Source: a bacterium (lineage in GTDB: Bacteria > Patescibacteriota > Minisyncoccia > UBA6257 > Colwellbacteraceae). From it: a stretch of 64,000 bases of DNA. A program made the translations under genes and the position numbers. Numbering within the stretch: the stretch's first letter is position 1; every line of letters starts with the position of its first letter. Positions 48,423 to 59,767 of this stretch are shown piece after piece. Under the pieces are notes generated by a model. That model was given only the letters and a program-made list of their open reading frames with translations. It was not told the origin of the DNA and ran no database searches. The stretch is taken from contig JAJYME010000006.1 in NCBI GenBank assembly GCA_021787205.1, positions 15,644 through 79,643 on the forward strand. Direction: 5' to 3'.

Positions 48423-49789
48423 TGAATACAAACGATCTGCGTGTTCCTCCGCAAGACATTGAGGCAGAACAATCTGTTTTAGGCGCCATCATGACCGAAC
48501 CCGACGCCATAAGTCAGATTGCCGATACCTTAGCCGAGGAAGATTTTTATGACAGACGACACGGGATAATCTATGGCGCGATGCTTAAGCTTTGGGAAAG
48601 CCGCTCTCCGATAGACATCCTGACCGTCTCCTCCGAACTTAAGAAGGGAGACTTGATCAACTCCATCGGCGGCACCACCTACTTGGCCGATTTGGTCAAT
48701 ATGGTGCCCTCGGCTGCCCACATCGCCCACTATGCCTCTATCGTCAAAGAGAAAAGGATCTTGAGGGAACTCATCTCCACTTCGAGCTCGATTACCGAGA
48801 GCGCCATGGACCAGTCCGACGATTTGGAAATCCTGCTTGATACTATCGAGCAAAAAGTCTTTTCCATCACCAACCAATCTGCCACCAGAAAATTTGTCTA
48901 CGTTCCTGATGAAATCCCGAAGGCTATCGAAAGAATGGAGAAGATGGGACAGCACGACGGCAGCATGCGCGGCGTCCCGACCGGATTCCATAAGCTCGAC
49001 AATCTCCTCTCCGGTTTCCAAAAATCAGATCTGATCATTCTTGGAGCCAGACCGTCATTCGGTAAGACCTCCTTGGCGCTAGACATTGCAAGACACGTCG
49101 GCACCAAAGCCGGCAAGGGAGTTGGCATCTTCTCTCTCGAAATGAGCCGCGACCAAATCATTGACCGCATGATCTCAGCCGAATCGAAAGTCAGCCTTTG
49201 GAAGCTCCGCACCGGCAATGTCAAAGACCCGGTCGAGTTCGAACTTTTGCAAGGCGCTTTAGACAAGCTTTCCCGAGCCCCGATTTATATCGATGATACC
49301 CCCTCTCCAAATATTTTGGAGATCCGCAGGATGGCTAGAAGGCTGCAGGCCGAACAAAAAGACCTGGCTCTGATCGTCATCGACTATCTCCAGCTCATCA
49401 TGCCCCGCAAGAACTCTGACAACCCGGTCCAGCAAATCACCGAAATCTCCAGAGGTTTGAAATCGATTGCTCGTGAGGTCAATGTTCCGATCCTGGCTCT
49501 GTCTCAGCTTTCTCGCGGTGTCGAACAAAGAGACAATAAGGTTCCCAAGCTTTCTGACTTGAGAGACTCCGGATCAATTGAACAGGATGCGGACGTTGTC
49601 ATGTTCTTGCATCCGGCCTGGAAGTACAATTCATCGGTTGACACCCCTGAAGAGGAGTACATCACCGAAATCCACGTTGCCAAGCACAGAAACGGCCCCT
49701 TGGGCGTTATCCCGCTGAAGTTTGACCGCGATTCCGCCAGCTTCCAAAATATCGACAATACTTACGATGAAGACTCCCAATTCAATTAG
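48422..49789 (+). CDS. dnaB: Replicative DNA helicase DnaB
   Basis: N-terminal PQDIEAEQSVLGAIM. RecA-like domain with GARPSFGKTS Walker A and IVIDYLQLI motifs. TAATG overlap with cysS. Confidence 0.95.
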   Translation: MNTNDLRVPPQDIEAEQSVLGAIMTEPDAISQIADTLAEEDFYDRRHGIIYGAMLKLWESRSPIDILTVSSELKKGDLINSIGGTTYLADLVNMVPSAAHIAHYASIVKEKRILRELISTSSSITESAMDQSDDLEILLDTIEQKVFSITNQSATRKFVYVPDEIPKAIERMEKMGQHDGSMRGVPTGFHKLDNLLSGFQKSDLIILGARPSFGKTSLALDIARHVGTKAGKGVGIFSLEMSRDQIIDRMISAESKVSLWKLRTGNVKDPVEFELLQGALDKLSRAPIYIDDTPSPNILEIRRMARRLQAEQKDLALIVIDYLQLIMPRKNSDNPVQQITEISRGLKSIAREVNVPILALSQLSRGVEQRDNKVPKLSDLRDSGSIEQDADVVMFLHPAWKYNSSVDTPEEEYITEIHVAKHRNGPLGVIPLKFDRDSASFQNIDNTYDEDSQFN

Positions 49790-50369
49790 AAATCTTGCCG
49801 ATTCTCTGGCAAAGCTCCCCGGAATAGGTCCGAGACAGGCTTTCCGCATCGCCTACTTCTTGGCCGGCAAGGGTAAGGACAACGTCCTCCCTATGGCCAA
49901 GAACCTGGCGGAGATAGTCAAGCTAAAAACTTGCTCCAAGTGTTTCTCTTCCTACGAGGAAGAATCGAAGCTTTGCCCGATTTGTTCTGACTCACGTCGC
50001 AATTCGGGAATCATCGCCATCGTTGAGAAGGAAACGGATGTCGCCTCCATCGAATCAGCCGGAAATTACACCGGGATTTATTTCATCATTGGCGAGATTA
50101 AGAAAACTGGCGGTTTGAATCCGGAAGAAAGAAGAAGGTTGGATAGCTTCAAAGAAAATCTTCAAAGGGATTATCCGGAAGGCGCCGAAGAAATCATAAT
50201 AGGTTTTAATAATACCGCTTATGGCGATATTGGCCGAAGCCTGATCTTGAAAGAACTCAAGCCCTACGCTAAAAAAATAACCTCTTTGGGAAGAGGTATC
50301 CCCACCGGCGGCGAAGTCGAATTTGCTGATCCGGAAACTTTGGCCGAAGCCTTGAAGGGAAGAAATTAA
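49767..50369 (+). CDS. recR: Recombination protein RecR
   Basis: LPGIGPRQAFRIAYFL HhH motif, C4 zinc finger (CSKC…CPIC) and a Toprim domain. Start placed at the internal Met. Confidence 0.9.
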   Translation: MKTPNSIRNLADSLAKLPGIGPRQAFRIAYFLAGKGKDNVLPMAKNLAEIVKLKTCSKCFSSYEEESKLCPICSDSRRNSGIIAIVEKETDVASIESAGNYTGIYFIIGEIKKTGGLNPEERRRLDSFKENLQRDYPEGAEEIIIGFNNTAYGDIGRSLILKELKPYAKKITSLGRGIPTGGEVEFADPETLAEALKGRN

Positions 50370-50380
50370 ATTTCAAATAA

Positions 50381-50410
50381 AAAAACCGCCAAAAGGCGGG
50401 TTTTTTATTT
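50381..50410. terminator. Bidirectional intrinsic terminator between recR and rplU
   Basis: AAAAAACCGCC-AAAA-GGCGGGTTTTTT. Confidence 0.6.
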
Positions 50411-50415
50411 TTTTC

Positions 50416-50721
50416 TTAGATGTTGGTTATTTCAACTTCTGTGAAATATTGGCGGTGGGTTTTTTTCTTGTCAAAGCGGTTCTTTGAGTGGAATTTGAAA
50501 ACGATCTTTTTGTCGTCTCTTCCGTTCTTCAAGACTTTAGCTTCAACTTTGGCGCCCTCTACATAGGGCTTTCCGATTTCAACTCCGGACTCCTTTTCAC
50601 GGAAAAGGACTTTGTCAAAAGTGACAGTTTTGCCTTCTTCAACTTCGAGCTTTTCAACTCTTAATTTTTCTCCGAGAGTGGCAATATATTGCTTTCCGCC
50701 TGTTTCTATAACAGCAAACAT
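50416..50721 (-). CDS. rplU: Ribosomal protein L21
   Basis: MFAVIETGGKQY… canonical L21, about 102 aa. Confidence 0.9.
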   Translation of the reverse strand: MFAVIETGGKQYIATLGEKLRVEKLEVEEGKTVTFDKVLFREKESGVEIGKPYVEGAKVEAKVLKNGRDDKKIVFKFHSKNRFDKKKTHRQYFTEVEITNI

Positions 50722-50731
50722 GATATGGATA

Positions 50732-51040
50732 TTACCATAATGTCCTGAAAAATGCAACCTTCATAAAGACAGTAAAAACGGCTGCCAGATTCAAAAAGAC
50801 CAGGATGTAGGCTAAGAGCCGGTCGCGATAGAAAAGGTAGCTGGCGATAAAAAAATTAAATCCGATGAGGGCTAGGGTGCCTGCAGAAAGCTTCAAAATG
50901 GCCGCCTTGCCCCATTCCGAGCTTCCGACGATATAATAGCCGTCCGGAGCTAAAAGGGCCAAAATAGCCGCGAAAAGAACCAAGGCCAGGCTAAGAATCA
51001 AAGCCGTGGAATATAATGGATGCTTTTTGATGAAAAACAC
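50732..51040 (-). CDS. Hypothetical small membrane protein (3 TM segments)
   Basis: 102-aa hydrophobic ORF with no motif. Confidence 0.35.
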   Translation of the reverse strand: MFFIKKHPLYSTALILSLALVLFAAILALLAPDGYYIVGSSEWGKAAILKLSAGTLALIGFNFFIASYLFYRDRLLAYILVFLNLAAVFTVFMKVAFFRTLW

Positions 51041-51041
51041 G

Positions 51042-51114
51042 CAGCCCCAAGGGAAATCGAATCCCTGTTTTCAGGATGAGAACCTGACGTCCTAGGCCAC
51101 TAGACGATGGGGCC
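51042..51114 (-). tRNA. tRNA-Glu (anticodon CUC)
   Basis: Minus strand GGCCCCA-TC-GTCT-AGTGGCCTA-GGAC-G-TCAGG-TTCTCAT-CCTGA-AAAC-AGGGA-TTCGATT-TCCCT-TGGGGCT-G. Close to E. coli tRNA-Glu apart from C34. Confidence 0.85.
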
Positions 51115-51219
51115 AAAATCAATATTAGGGATTATACATAAAAATCCAAGCAAGAGCAATAATGAAAAATTGTTTTTCATTACACATAAAAATCCGCCAG
51201 CTTAAAGAGATTGGCGGAT

Positions 51220-52086
51220 TTATTTTTTGCTTTTGGACTTTGAAGCCGACGTCTCCCTCGTCTTTGTCTGGCTATTAAGTCTCGCTGAAGATTTTGGGAA
51301 CTTTACCTTCTTCGCGATGTCAGTCGTCAGCTTGATGAATCCCGGGAATCTTATCGGCTCCCTTATTTCCTTTTGAGTTTTGGAATAGATCTTCCCCCTC
51401 TTCACAACCAAAAAACACCTGGTCAGTTGGACGGATAATTCTTTGACGGCATGCGCGGCAGCAACAATCTTTGTCTCATATCCGCCGCTATACCTCCTGA
51501 AGGAGGTGATTACGTAAATCTGGGGATCGAATTCGATCTTTCCGTGTTGTCTTATCCTTTTTGAGAGGTCGATGTCTTGCCCCCAATTTATTTCAGTGTT
51601 GAATCCTCCGACTAAGTCGTAAATCTCCTTCTTGACTGCCATATTGACGCAAGGAAGAAGAGTTGGCGCCACCTTCTTATAGATCCTGAAGACAAATTGC
51701 TTCATAAAAAAGTTTATGGCGACGTCGGCATCGTAAAAAAGATAAGGTCCGCCTATGGCATACAGGTTCTTGTCTTCTTCGAATTTCTTATTTATCTTCT
51801 CGATCCAGTCAACCGGCAACTCCGTATCGGCATCGGTGAAGACCAAGATCTCCCCCGTCGCTTCCGAAACCCCTTTGCGCAAGGCATAGGAAATTCCCTT
51901 CTGAGGCTCATCAACCACCCTCACCCCATAACTCTCCGCCACCTCTTTGGTATTGTCGGTCGAGGCGTTATTGGAAACGATTATTTCCAAAAAGCCTTTG
52001 TAATTCTGGCGCTTAAGCGATTCAAGGCATCTTCCTATGTATTTTTCCTCGTTGTAAGCAGGAATGACGACTGAAAATCTGTACAT
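51220..52086 (-). CDS. Family 2 glycosyltransferase
   Basis: VVIPAYNEEKYI…DADTEL (DxD) GT-A fold motifs. Confidence 0.8.
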   Translation of the reverse strand: MYRFSVVIPAYNEEKYIGRCLESLKRQNYKGFLEIIVSNNASTDNTKEVAESYGVRVVDEPQKGISYALRKGVSEATGEILVFTDADTELPVDWIEKINKKFEEDKNLYAIGGPYLFYDADVAINFFMKQFVFRIYKKVAPTLLPCVNMAVKKEIYDLVGGFNTEINWGQDIDLSKRIRQHGKIEFDPQIYVITSFRRYSGGYETKIVAAAHAVKELSVQLTRCFLVVKRGKIYSKTQKEIREPIRFPGFIKLTTDIAKKVKFPKSSARLNSQTKTRETSASKSKSKK

Positions 52087-52136
52087 ATGTTTCTTTATCT
52101 CGAATTATACAACAAAAAAACGGATAAATATATCCG

Positions 52137-53426
52137 TTAATTTGAAAGCCATCTGCCATACTGACGAACCAGCAGGTCCCTGGCCATCTCCGGCTCCGCC
52201 ATCAAAGAATAGGTTATTTTTTCCATTCTGGCGGATTGCGATCCCTTTATCAATATCAGGTCGTTCGGACCGGCGACTGAAGGAATGTATTTTTGAGCCT
52301 CGATCAGATTGCTGAATTTTTTTATTTTCTTGTCATCCATTCCCGCCGCGATCGCTCCTTCGGCGATCTTGTAGGATTTCTCCCCGACCAAGAACAGAAG
52401 GTCGATCTTTTTCTCAGCTAACGATTTTCCAACCTCCCTATGGACCTCGTCAGCTAGGCTTCCCAATTCGGCCATATGGCCGAGGACGGCAATCTTCCTA
52501 TCAAGCTTGGTTTCAGCCAAAGCCTCGATAGCTCCGAACATCGCCGCCGGAGAGGCGTTATAGGTATCATCGATCAACCATGACCCCCTGATGCCTTTTA
52601 TGATATTGGCCCTTCCCGGGAGTGACTTGAAGCCCTGCAAGGCTTCCTTGGCGGCGAAAATATCGAAACCAAGAATCTCCGCTACTGCGATCGCCGAAGC
52701 AAAGGCATAGCTTTGAGCCTTCCCCAAGACTCCGGCAAGCTTTATCGGCAAAATCTTGTTTTCCGAAACCAGCTTGAAAGAGATTCCTTTAGGTACTCCT
52801 CTCTCGATATCATTCTCAAAATCATTGATGCAGACATCCGATGACTTGTAAAATCCGAAGGAGACCGTCACCGCCTTAGTCTCTTTCCCGAGGAACTTGG
52901 TAAACTCGTCATCCGCATTGATGACGGCAAAATCGTTCTCCGAGAGACATCTTATCAATTTCGATTTTTCCCTAACCACCTCCGTTGGCGAAGCATAGTA
53001 TTCGACATGGACCGGATATTTGGATATTCCCGAAATTACCGAAATATGAGGCTTGGCGATATTTATCAGATAATCAAGGTCTCCCGGCTTGTCGGCCGCG
53101 TATTCCAGGACCAATATCTCCGGATAATCGGTTTTTAACAATATTGTCTTGATCCCGGTCAACACCACCTTGATCCAAAACAATTTTCCAGAAACTTGTT
53201 TGAAGTCACCGATGATCGCCAAGGGGAATCCCAATTCGTTGTTGAAATTACCGTAAGCAGTTCGGCTCTTCTTGAATTTGGAGACAACCGCATAGATCGC
53301 CTCCTTGGCAGAACTCTTGCCATAACTGCCGGTAATCCCTACAATCGTCGGATTATATTTTTTTATTATTTTTACTGAAAGACTCCTTAAAGTCCTCTCT
53401 AGCAGTTTAATGAGCGCTTGTTTCAT
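52137..53426 (-). CDS. murF: Mur ligase, most likely UDP-MurNAc-tripeptide--D-Ala-D-Ala ligase
   Basis: GITGSYGKSS P-loop of Mur ligases. 429 aa. Lies downstream of ftsI in a dcw-type cluster. Confidence 0.65.
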   Translation of the reverse strand: MKQALIKLLERTLRSLSVKIIKKYNPTIVGITGSYGKSSAKEAIYAVVSKFKKSRTAYGNFNNELGFPLAIIGDFKQVSGKLFWIKVVLTGIKTILLKTDYPEILVLEYAADKPGDLDYLINIAKPHISVISGISKYPVHVEYYASPTEVVREKSKLIRCLSENDFAVINADDEFTKFLGKETKAVTVSFGFYKSSDVCINDFENDIERGVPKGISFKLVSENKILPIKLAGVLGKAQSYAFASAIAVAEILGFDIFAAKEALQGFKSLPGRANIIKGIRGSWLIDDTYNASPAAMFGAIEALAETKLDRKIAVLGHMAELGSLADEVHREVGKSLAEKKIDLLFLVGEKSYKIAEGAIAAGMDDKKIKKFSNLIEAQKYIPSVAGPNDLILIKGSQSARMEKITYSLMAEPEMARDLLVRQYGRWLSN

Positions 53427-55173
53427 TTTCGATTCTGTCTGGGACTACGTTATAATATACCAACAAAAATTCGGCTAATTCGCGGAAGGCGGGGACTATT
53501 GTCTGCCCTGCCAAGGGCGCGCCCTCCGGTTCATCCATTCTTAGAAGTATCGAGAACTTAGGGTCTGAGGCCGGCGCGAAACCGATATAAGTATTGATGA
53601 CGTCCTCCGTATATCGTCCGTTCTTCGGAACCAATGCCGTTCCCGTCTTTCCCGCCACTGAGTAATTCTTTATGTGGGCGATTCTAGCCTTATCGACGGC
53701 GGAAATCATTATTTTCTTAACGGTTTCAGCTGATTCCTTGGTGATTGGTTGGCCCAACTCCTCTTCTTTCGTTCCAGCGATTATGAATGGTTTCATCATT
53801 ATGCCTCCGTTTGCTACCGCGTTAACCGCCGTCAGCATCCTAAGGGGCGTAACGGAAACTCCATGGCCAAAAGAAGCCGTAGCGAAATTTACCGGTACCG
53901 CGTTCTTTTCAAGCCCGGAGATGTCTCCCCTGACCTCGCCAGGCAATCCGGCGACATCAAGCTTCTTATCAAAGCCAAACTTCTTGATATAGCCGAGGAA
54001 AGTCTGACCTCCCATCTGCTGTTCCATAAAGATGGTTCCGGTATTGATTGATTGTTCGATGACCTCAGCCATCGTTAAGGTGCCGTGCGCCTTGTTATCC
54101 CAGTTCTTGATCGTCCTGCCGTTGATGGTGGCCGACCCGGAATCATAATAAGTCGTGCTCGGTGTAAATGAGTGGGAGTCAATTCCTGCCGAAACTGTCA
54201 CAATCTTGAATACCGAACCCGGCTCATATGTCGTCTGGACAGTCCTGTTAAGATAGTTGGCCATTTCCGATTTGCCATAATCGTTCGGATCATAAGTCGG
54301 AGTGCTTGCCATTGCCAGTATTTTCCCTGTCTTTGGCTCCATTACGATTACCTGCCCTTCCTTGGCCTTGAACTTAGTCACCAGATTGGTAAGGATTTTC
54401 TCGGATTGGGCTTGGACGGTTGGATCGATTGTCAGGTTTATATCTTCTCCGACTCCAGTCACATCATTCTTTCCGCTAAGCTCATCATCGTAAAAAGCCT
54501 CAAGCCCATACTTGCCCTCGCCCTCCTTGGAGACAAAACCGAGCACTTGGCTCGCGAGCGTTCCGAAAGGATAAAACCTCCTTTTGTCGTTCGATATATA
54601 GATCCCCTTCATATTCCAAGAATCGATTTCGGTGACGACGCTTTCCGGAACATTCTTCGCCAATTCCTCATACTGTCTCTTCGGGTTAGATATCTTGGCA
54701 TAGATCTCGTCAGCGTTGTCCGTGCCCAAAACTAAGGCGATGTTACTGGATAGCTCCTTCAAGTCCCGACCCTCTCTTGCGAGAGCCTCCGGGTTGGCCG
54801 CCAGATTCGGATACTCCTTGTTTGAAGCTGCCGGAATCAAAGTGTTGTTCTTGTCGGTAAAGTTGATTACTCCGCGAACCAGGTTTTTTGTCAGATCTCC
54901 GGTCGAAGCATTAGCATTTGAAGCGATGCTGCGTTCGATTTGAAGGCTATAGAGATGGACTCCCAAGCCGCCATATAAAACCAAAAAGAAGCCGATCGCC
55001 AAAACGAAGCGATAGCTTTCTTTTAACCTTGCTGCAAAATAACCGACTGTTTTTGTGATCAAGTTATAAAGACTTCTTGAGTTACATCGAGGCAAAAACC
55101 CATCTTGGGTTCTTTTCCTCAACCAGACCTTTTTCAGTGGCAACTTGAGACGCGCGATTCGGATCGATCGCAT
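53407..55173 (-). CDS. ftsI: Cell-division penicillin-binding protein (FtsI/PBP3-type transpeptidase)
   Basis: SVFK (SxxK), SIN (SxN) and KTGTA motifs. N-terminal TM segment. Lies in the dcw position after ftsL. Confidence 0.85.
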   Translation of the reverse strand: MRSIRIARLKLPLKKVWLRKRTQDGFLPRCNSRSLYNLITKTVGYFAARLKESYRFVLAIGFFLVLYGGLGVHLYSLQIERSIASNANASTGDLTKNLVRGVINFTDKNNTLIPAASNKEYPNLAANPEALAREGRDLKELSSNIALVLGTDNADEIYAKISNPKRQYEELAKNVPESVVTEIDSWNMKGIYISNDKRRFYPFGTLASQVLGFVSKEGEGKYGLEAFYDDELSGKNDVTGVGEDINLTIDPTVQAQSEKILTNLVTKFKAKEGQVIVMEPKTGKILAMASTPTYDPNDYGKSEMANYLNRTVQTTYEPGSVFKIVTVSAGIDSHSFTPSTTYYDSGSATINGRTIKNWDNKAHGTLTMAEVIEQSINTGTIFMEQQMGGQTFLGYIKKFGFDKKLDVAGLPGEVRGDISGLEKNAVPVNFATASFGHGVSVTPLRMLTAVNAVANGGIMMKPFIIAGTKEEELGQPITKESAETVKKIMISAVDKARIAHIKNYSVAGKTGTALVPKNGRYTEDVINTYIGFAPASDPKFSILLRMDEPEGAPLAGQTIVPAFRELAEFLLVYYNVVPDRIENETSAH

Positions 55174-55384
55174 AAAAGAGTTTGCTCTTTATTTCGGTGT
55201 TCCTGGCGTTCTCCTCATCGATTTTTTGCTCAATCTGCGCTATTTCATATTTTATCCCGGTATAGTTCGCATAGCAAATGGCGACGGGGATGAACGTCGA
55301 AAGCACAAGAGTGCCGGTTATCACTGAAACGGCTATTGCATTTCTTCTCTTTCTTTCGTTGTTAGGCCTTATTAAAAGTGTCAT
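55082..55384 (-). CDS. ftsL: FtsL/DivIC-like cell-division protein
   Basis: 100 aa with a single TM segment followed by a coiled coil. Sits between rsmH and ftsI. Confidence 0.5.
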   Translation of the reverse strand: MTLLIRPNNERKRRNAIAVSVITGTLVLSTFIPVAICYANYTGIKYEIAQIEQKIDEENARNTEIKSKLFYAIDPNRASQVATEKGLVEEKNPRWVFASM

Positions 55385-55395
55385 GGTTTATTTTA

Positions 55396-56301
55396 TTATT
55401 TAGCTCTTTGTGCGACCCTGATTTTTGCGGATCGGGCGCGTGGGTTTTGTTTTTGTTCTTCGTAAGAAACTGGGATCGGCTTTTTGGTCAGGATCTCGAT
55501 TTCACCTGCCTTGTTCAAAGCCTTGAATTTTTCCTTTACCTCCCTGTCTTCAAGCGACTGGAAAGTGATTATGACCGCCCTTCCTCCTGGGGCCAGTATC
55601 TCAGGCAAGTCATCGAGCACCTTTCTTAGATGTTCTATTTCCTTATTGGCAAAGATTCTGAATGCCAGAAAAGTCCTGGTCGCGGGGTTGATCCTTCCTC
55701 CTTCATATTTTTGAGGCAGGGTAGATTTTATTATCTCCACCAGTTCCCCGGTGGTCTCTATCTTTTTCTTCCTTTCGGCTTTCCAGATGGCTTCAGCGAT
55801 CTTTCTTGAATATCGCTCTCCCGAATAGTTATAGATTACGTCCGCTATCTCCTGTTTGGACATCTGCCTCAAGAGATTCTTCAACGGCTCTTCATTGTCA
55901 GAGTATGTCATTAAGAGCGGCTCGTCTTTCTGGAAGCTGAATCCCCTGCCTTCTTCAAGTTGCAAGGAGGAGAACCCGAGGTCAAGGAGGATCCCGTCAG
56001 CCTTAGGCAGCTTCTTCGATTCTAATGTTTCCCTGATTTCCGAATAATTGGCAAAGGCGGCGTGGGTCTTTATGCCTTTCGGCTTGAATGCCTGCGCCCG
56101 CTTATAAGCCGTCTCATCCCTGTCTACCAAAAGCATCATTCCATCCCCTTGCAGGGCCTCAGCAATCATCCCCGAGTGTCCGCCGCCGCCGAAAGTCCCG
56201 TCAATGATGAATTCTCCCGGTTGGACTGAGAGATATTCCATTACTTCCTTCGGCATTACTGAGATATGTCCTTGTTGTTTTTCGGTATTGTCGTGTGTCA
56301 T
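55396..56301 (-). CDS. rsmH: 16S rRNA (cytosine1402-N4)-methyltransferase RsmH/MraW
   Basis: DGTFGGGGHS SAM-binding motif. 301 aa. Confidence 0.9.
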   Translation of the reverse strand: MTHDNTEKQQGHISVMPKEVMEYLSVQPGEFIIDGTFGGGGHSGMIAEALQGDGMMLLVDRDETAYKRAQAFKPKGIKTHAAFANYSEIRETLESKKLPKADGILLDLGFSSLQLEEGRGFSFQKDEPLLMTYSDNEEPLKNLLRQMSKQEIADVIYNYSGERYSRKIAEAIWKAERKKKIETTGELVEIIKSTLPQKYEGGRINPATRTFLAFRIFANKEIEHLRKVLDDLPEILAPGGRAVIITFQSLEDREVKEKFKALNKAGEIEILTKKPIPVSYEEQKQNPRARSAKIRVAQRAK

Positions 56302-56735
56302 ATTCCCAAATCAGTCATTTGTTCCGCGATTCTGTCCGACTCAGCTTCGGTTCTTGTCTTGTATTCATCCCAAGACTTCGAATCCCAAATTTCAATCCTG
56401 CTGTAAACTCCGGCCAGAACGATGTTCTTCTCCAAGCCGGCATACTTTCGCAAATAGTCCGGTATCAATATCCTTCCTTGCGAATCTATCTCGCATTCCG
56501 AGGCGCCGGAAAGCATCAGTCTTGAAAAAGCTCTGGCGTTAGAGGCTGTCATCGGCAACGCAGAAATCTTCTGCGCCAAAATCTCCCATTCCTCGCCGGT
56601 AAATACAAAAAGACAGCGGTCAAGTCCGCGTGTAACGACCGCGCCGGAAGATAAACTGTTTCTGAACTTTGCGGGAATCGCCAATCTTCCTTTGGCATCA
56701 AGGTTGTGCTCGTATTCGCCGATAAACATCTCCAC
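56298..56735 (-). CDS. mraZ: Transcriptional regulator MraZ
   Basis: Two DxxxR-containing repeats, LDAKGRLAIP and IDSQGRILIP. Confidence 0.85.
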   Translation of the reverse strand: MEMFIGEYEHNLDAKGRLAIPAKFRNSLSSGAVVTRGLDRCLFVFTGEEWEILAQKISALPMTASNARAFSRLMLSGASECEIDSQGRILIPDYLRKYAGLEKNIVLAGVYSRIEIWDSKSWDEYKTRTEAESDRIAEQMTDLGI

Positions 56736-56851
56736 TTTTCCCCACTTTTACCCACCTATACTCTTAATTGTACTTATTTTGGTCTCAGCGTCAAAGCGAG
56801 TTATGCACAGGTAATAAAAAAGACCCGTTTTCACGAGTCTTTTGATTTCTA

Positions 56852-57985
<1,134 letters not shown>

Positions 57986-58074
57986 TTATTCCATAAAGCC
58001 TACTAGAAACCAAGCCAAAAGTAAAACTTGGTTTGTAAATCAAAACACCCCCCGAGGGAGTGTTTTGATCATTA

Positions 58075-58986
58075 TTATTGATGTTTGAAATATTCTTCAA
58101 GAGGCGGGACAATCTGCTTCTTTCGAGACATCAATCCCGGGATATAGATAGACCTCTTTCCTTCCGGAATGGAGACTCCGAAAGCTTTCTCGACTATCGT
58201 TTTGTCTCCTGAGAAGAAGAGCTCGCTTCCCTCGTTGACGATATCAGTCGCGGCGAAGAAGACGATTCTGTGTCCATCTTTCTGCATTATGCCGTCAAGA
58301 TAAGAAACGATATCGTTATATTTCTCTACCAGCTCGCTCATATCGACGACTTCCGTCTGACCGATGCCGACTGAATTTCCAGCCATATCAAAATCCTTGT
58401 AATCAGCCTTGACGATCTGTTCGATTGTCTTGTCTTTCAATGAGGCATTAGCCTTCTTCACCTCAAGACCAAAAGCCTGGATATCGGTTATTCCGGCAAT
58501 CTTTGCCAGGTTCCCGGCAATCAACTTGTCTTCGTCGGTCGTCGTCGGTGATTTGAAGATTACCGTATCGGATAAGAGCGCTCCGAGCAAGGCTCCGGCC
58601 AGATTGGGATTGTTTTCCAACTGTCCGATATAGAGCTTGCCGATGATTGAGGCGGTCGAGCCGACCGGTTCAAAGTGAAGGTATACCGGCTTTGATGTCG
58701 AAAACTGGATCTTATGGTGATCGATGACCCCCACGATCTCGGCATTTTCTATTCCGTCCACGATCTGGGTCTGCTCGTTATGATCGACCAAAAAGACCTT
58801 GTTTCCGGAAATGTCGGTCACGAGCTCCGGAACCGGCAGGTTGAATCTATTCAAGACGAATTCAGTCTCCTTGTTCAACTCCCCCGCCCTTGCCGCCTTG
58901 CATCTCATGAGCTCAGCGAGAGCGACGGCGGAAACAACGGAATCGGTATCCGGGGATTTATGACCTATTACTATTACTTTTTCCAT
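58075..58986 (-). CDS. ppaC: Manganese-dependent inorganic pyrophosphatase (family II, DHH)
   Basis: IGHKSPDTDS, LVDHNE, GVIDHH, LKSPTT and SRKKQIVPPL all align with PpaC. Confidence 0.85.
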   Translation of the reverse strand: MEKVIVIGHKSPDTDSVVSAVALAELMRCKAARAGELNKETEFVLNRFNLPVPELVTDISGNKVFLVDHNEQTQIVDGIENAEIVGVIDHHKIQFSTSKPVYLHFEPVGSTASIIGKLYIGQLENNPNLAGALLGALLSDTVIFKSPTTTDEDKLIAGNLAKIAGITDIQAFGLEVKKANASLKDKTIEQIVKADYKDFDMAGNSVGIGQTEVVDMSELVEKYNDIVSYLDGIMQKDGHRIVFFAATDIVNEGSELFFSGDKTIVEKAFGVSIPEGKRSIYIPGLMSRKKQIVPPLEEYFKHQ

Positions 58987-59036
58987 TTTGTTATTGTCTC
59001 TTATATTACATTAAATTGCCTTTCTTTCAAACGCTG

Positions 59037-59747
59037 TTAGAACCTGAGATACTTGTACCAGTATTCGTAAAGCTTGGCCGTTGAGACGATATCCCTGGCG
59101 TTGTATTCGGCTATTTCCAAGCACCTGCCGTCGCGGAACATCTGATGGACCGCCGCGCCGTCGACATCTTCTGTCTTCGGACTCTCGATTCCAAAAGCGT
59201 GACACCAGAGATTCAAAGAGCCCCTATACCTGGCCGCGCCGTAAAAAGAAAGCTGGTCAAAAAGATCGACATGCCGCATTTCGTATTTTTGGGAAGATAT
59301 GTATCTGTTTGAAAGCAGATCCTTCGAGGGACGGATGCCGTGGATCGCCGAGCGGATCATGACATAGGGCGCGTCAAACATTCTTGAATTGAATCCGACA
59401 AGCTCGTCCACTCCGCGAATCAGCTCCCAGAACTTGAGAAGGATATCCTTCTCGCTCATCGAGATGTACTTGATCCCCTCCTTCTCCTCGTTGTAAACCT
59501 TGTCCTTGGATTGGAAATAAACGGCCCCTTTCTTGTTGTCCGGGTCGTATACGCCCAAGGCGACGATTTCGCCGGTGGCCGGAGAAAAACCTAACTCGTC
59601 TTTCTTCTGTTGGAGGATGGTCTCGAAATCTTCTCCGTTCAATGAGGCTAATTCTTTGGCTTCAGCCTCCAATTTCTTTTTTGTTATCAAATCGACTTCC
59701 TCGTAAGGCATTGAGGTCGTCTCGAGGTCAAATACTAATTTTGGCAT
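59037..59747 (-). CDS. Predicted 3'-5' exonuclease of the RNase H-like/DEDD (PolB-exo-like) fold
   Basis: N-terminal LVFDLETT Exo I motif, with additional D and E residues downstream. 236 aa. Confidence 0.55.
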   Translation of the reverse strand: MPKLVFDLETTSMPYEEVDLITKKKLEAEAKELASLNGEDFETILQQKKDELGFSPATGEIVALGVYDPDNKKGAVYFQSKDKVYNEEKEGIKYISMSEKDILLKFWELIRGVDELVGFNSRMFDAPYVMIRSAIHGIRPSKDLLSNRYISSQKYEMRHVDLFDQLSFYGAARYRGSLNLWCHAFGIESPKTEDVDGAAVHQMFRDGRCLEIAEYNARDIVSTAKLYEYWYKYLRF

Positions 59748-59767
59748 GTTGTTTTTGTTTTTTCTTT

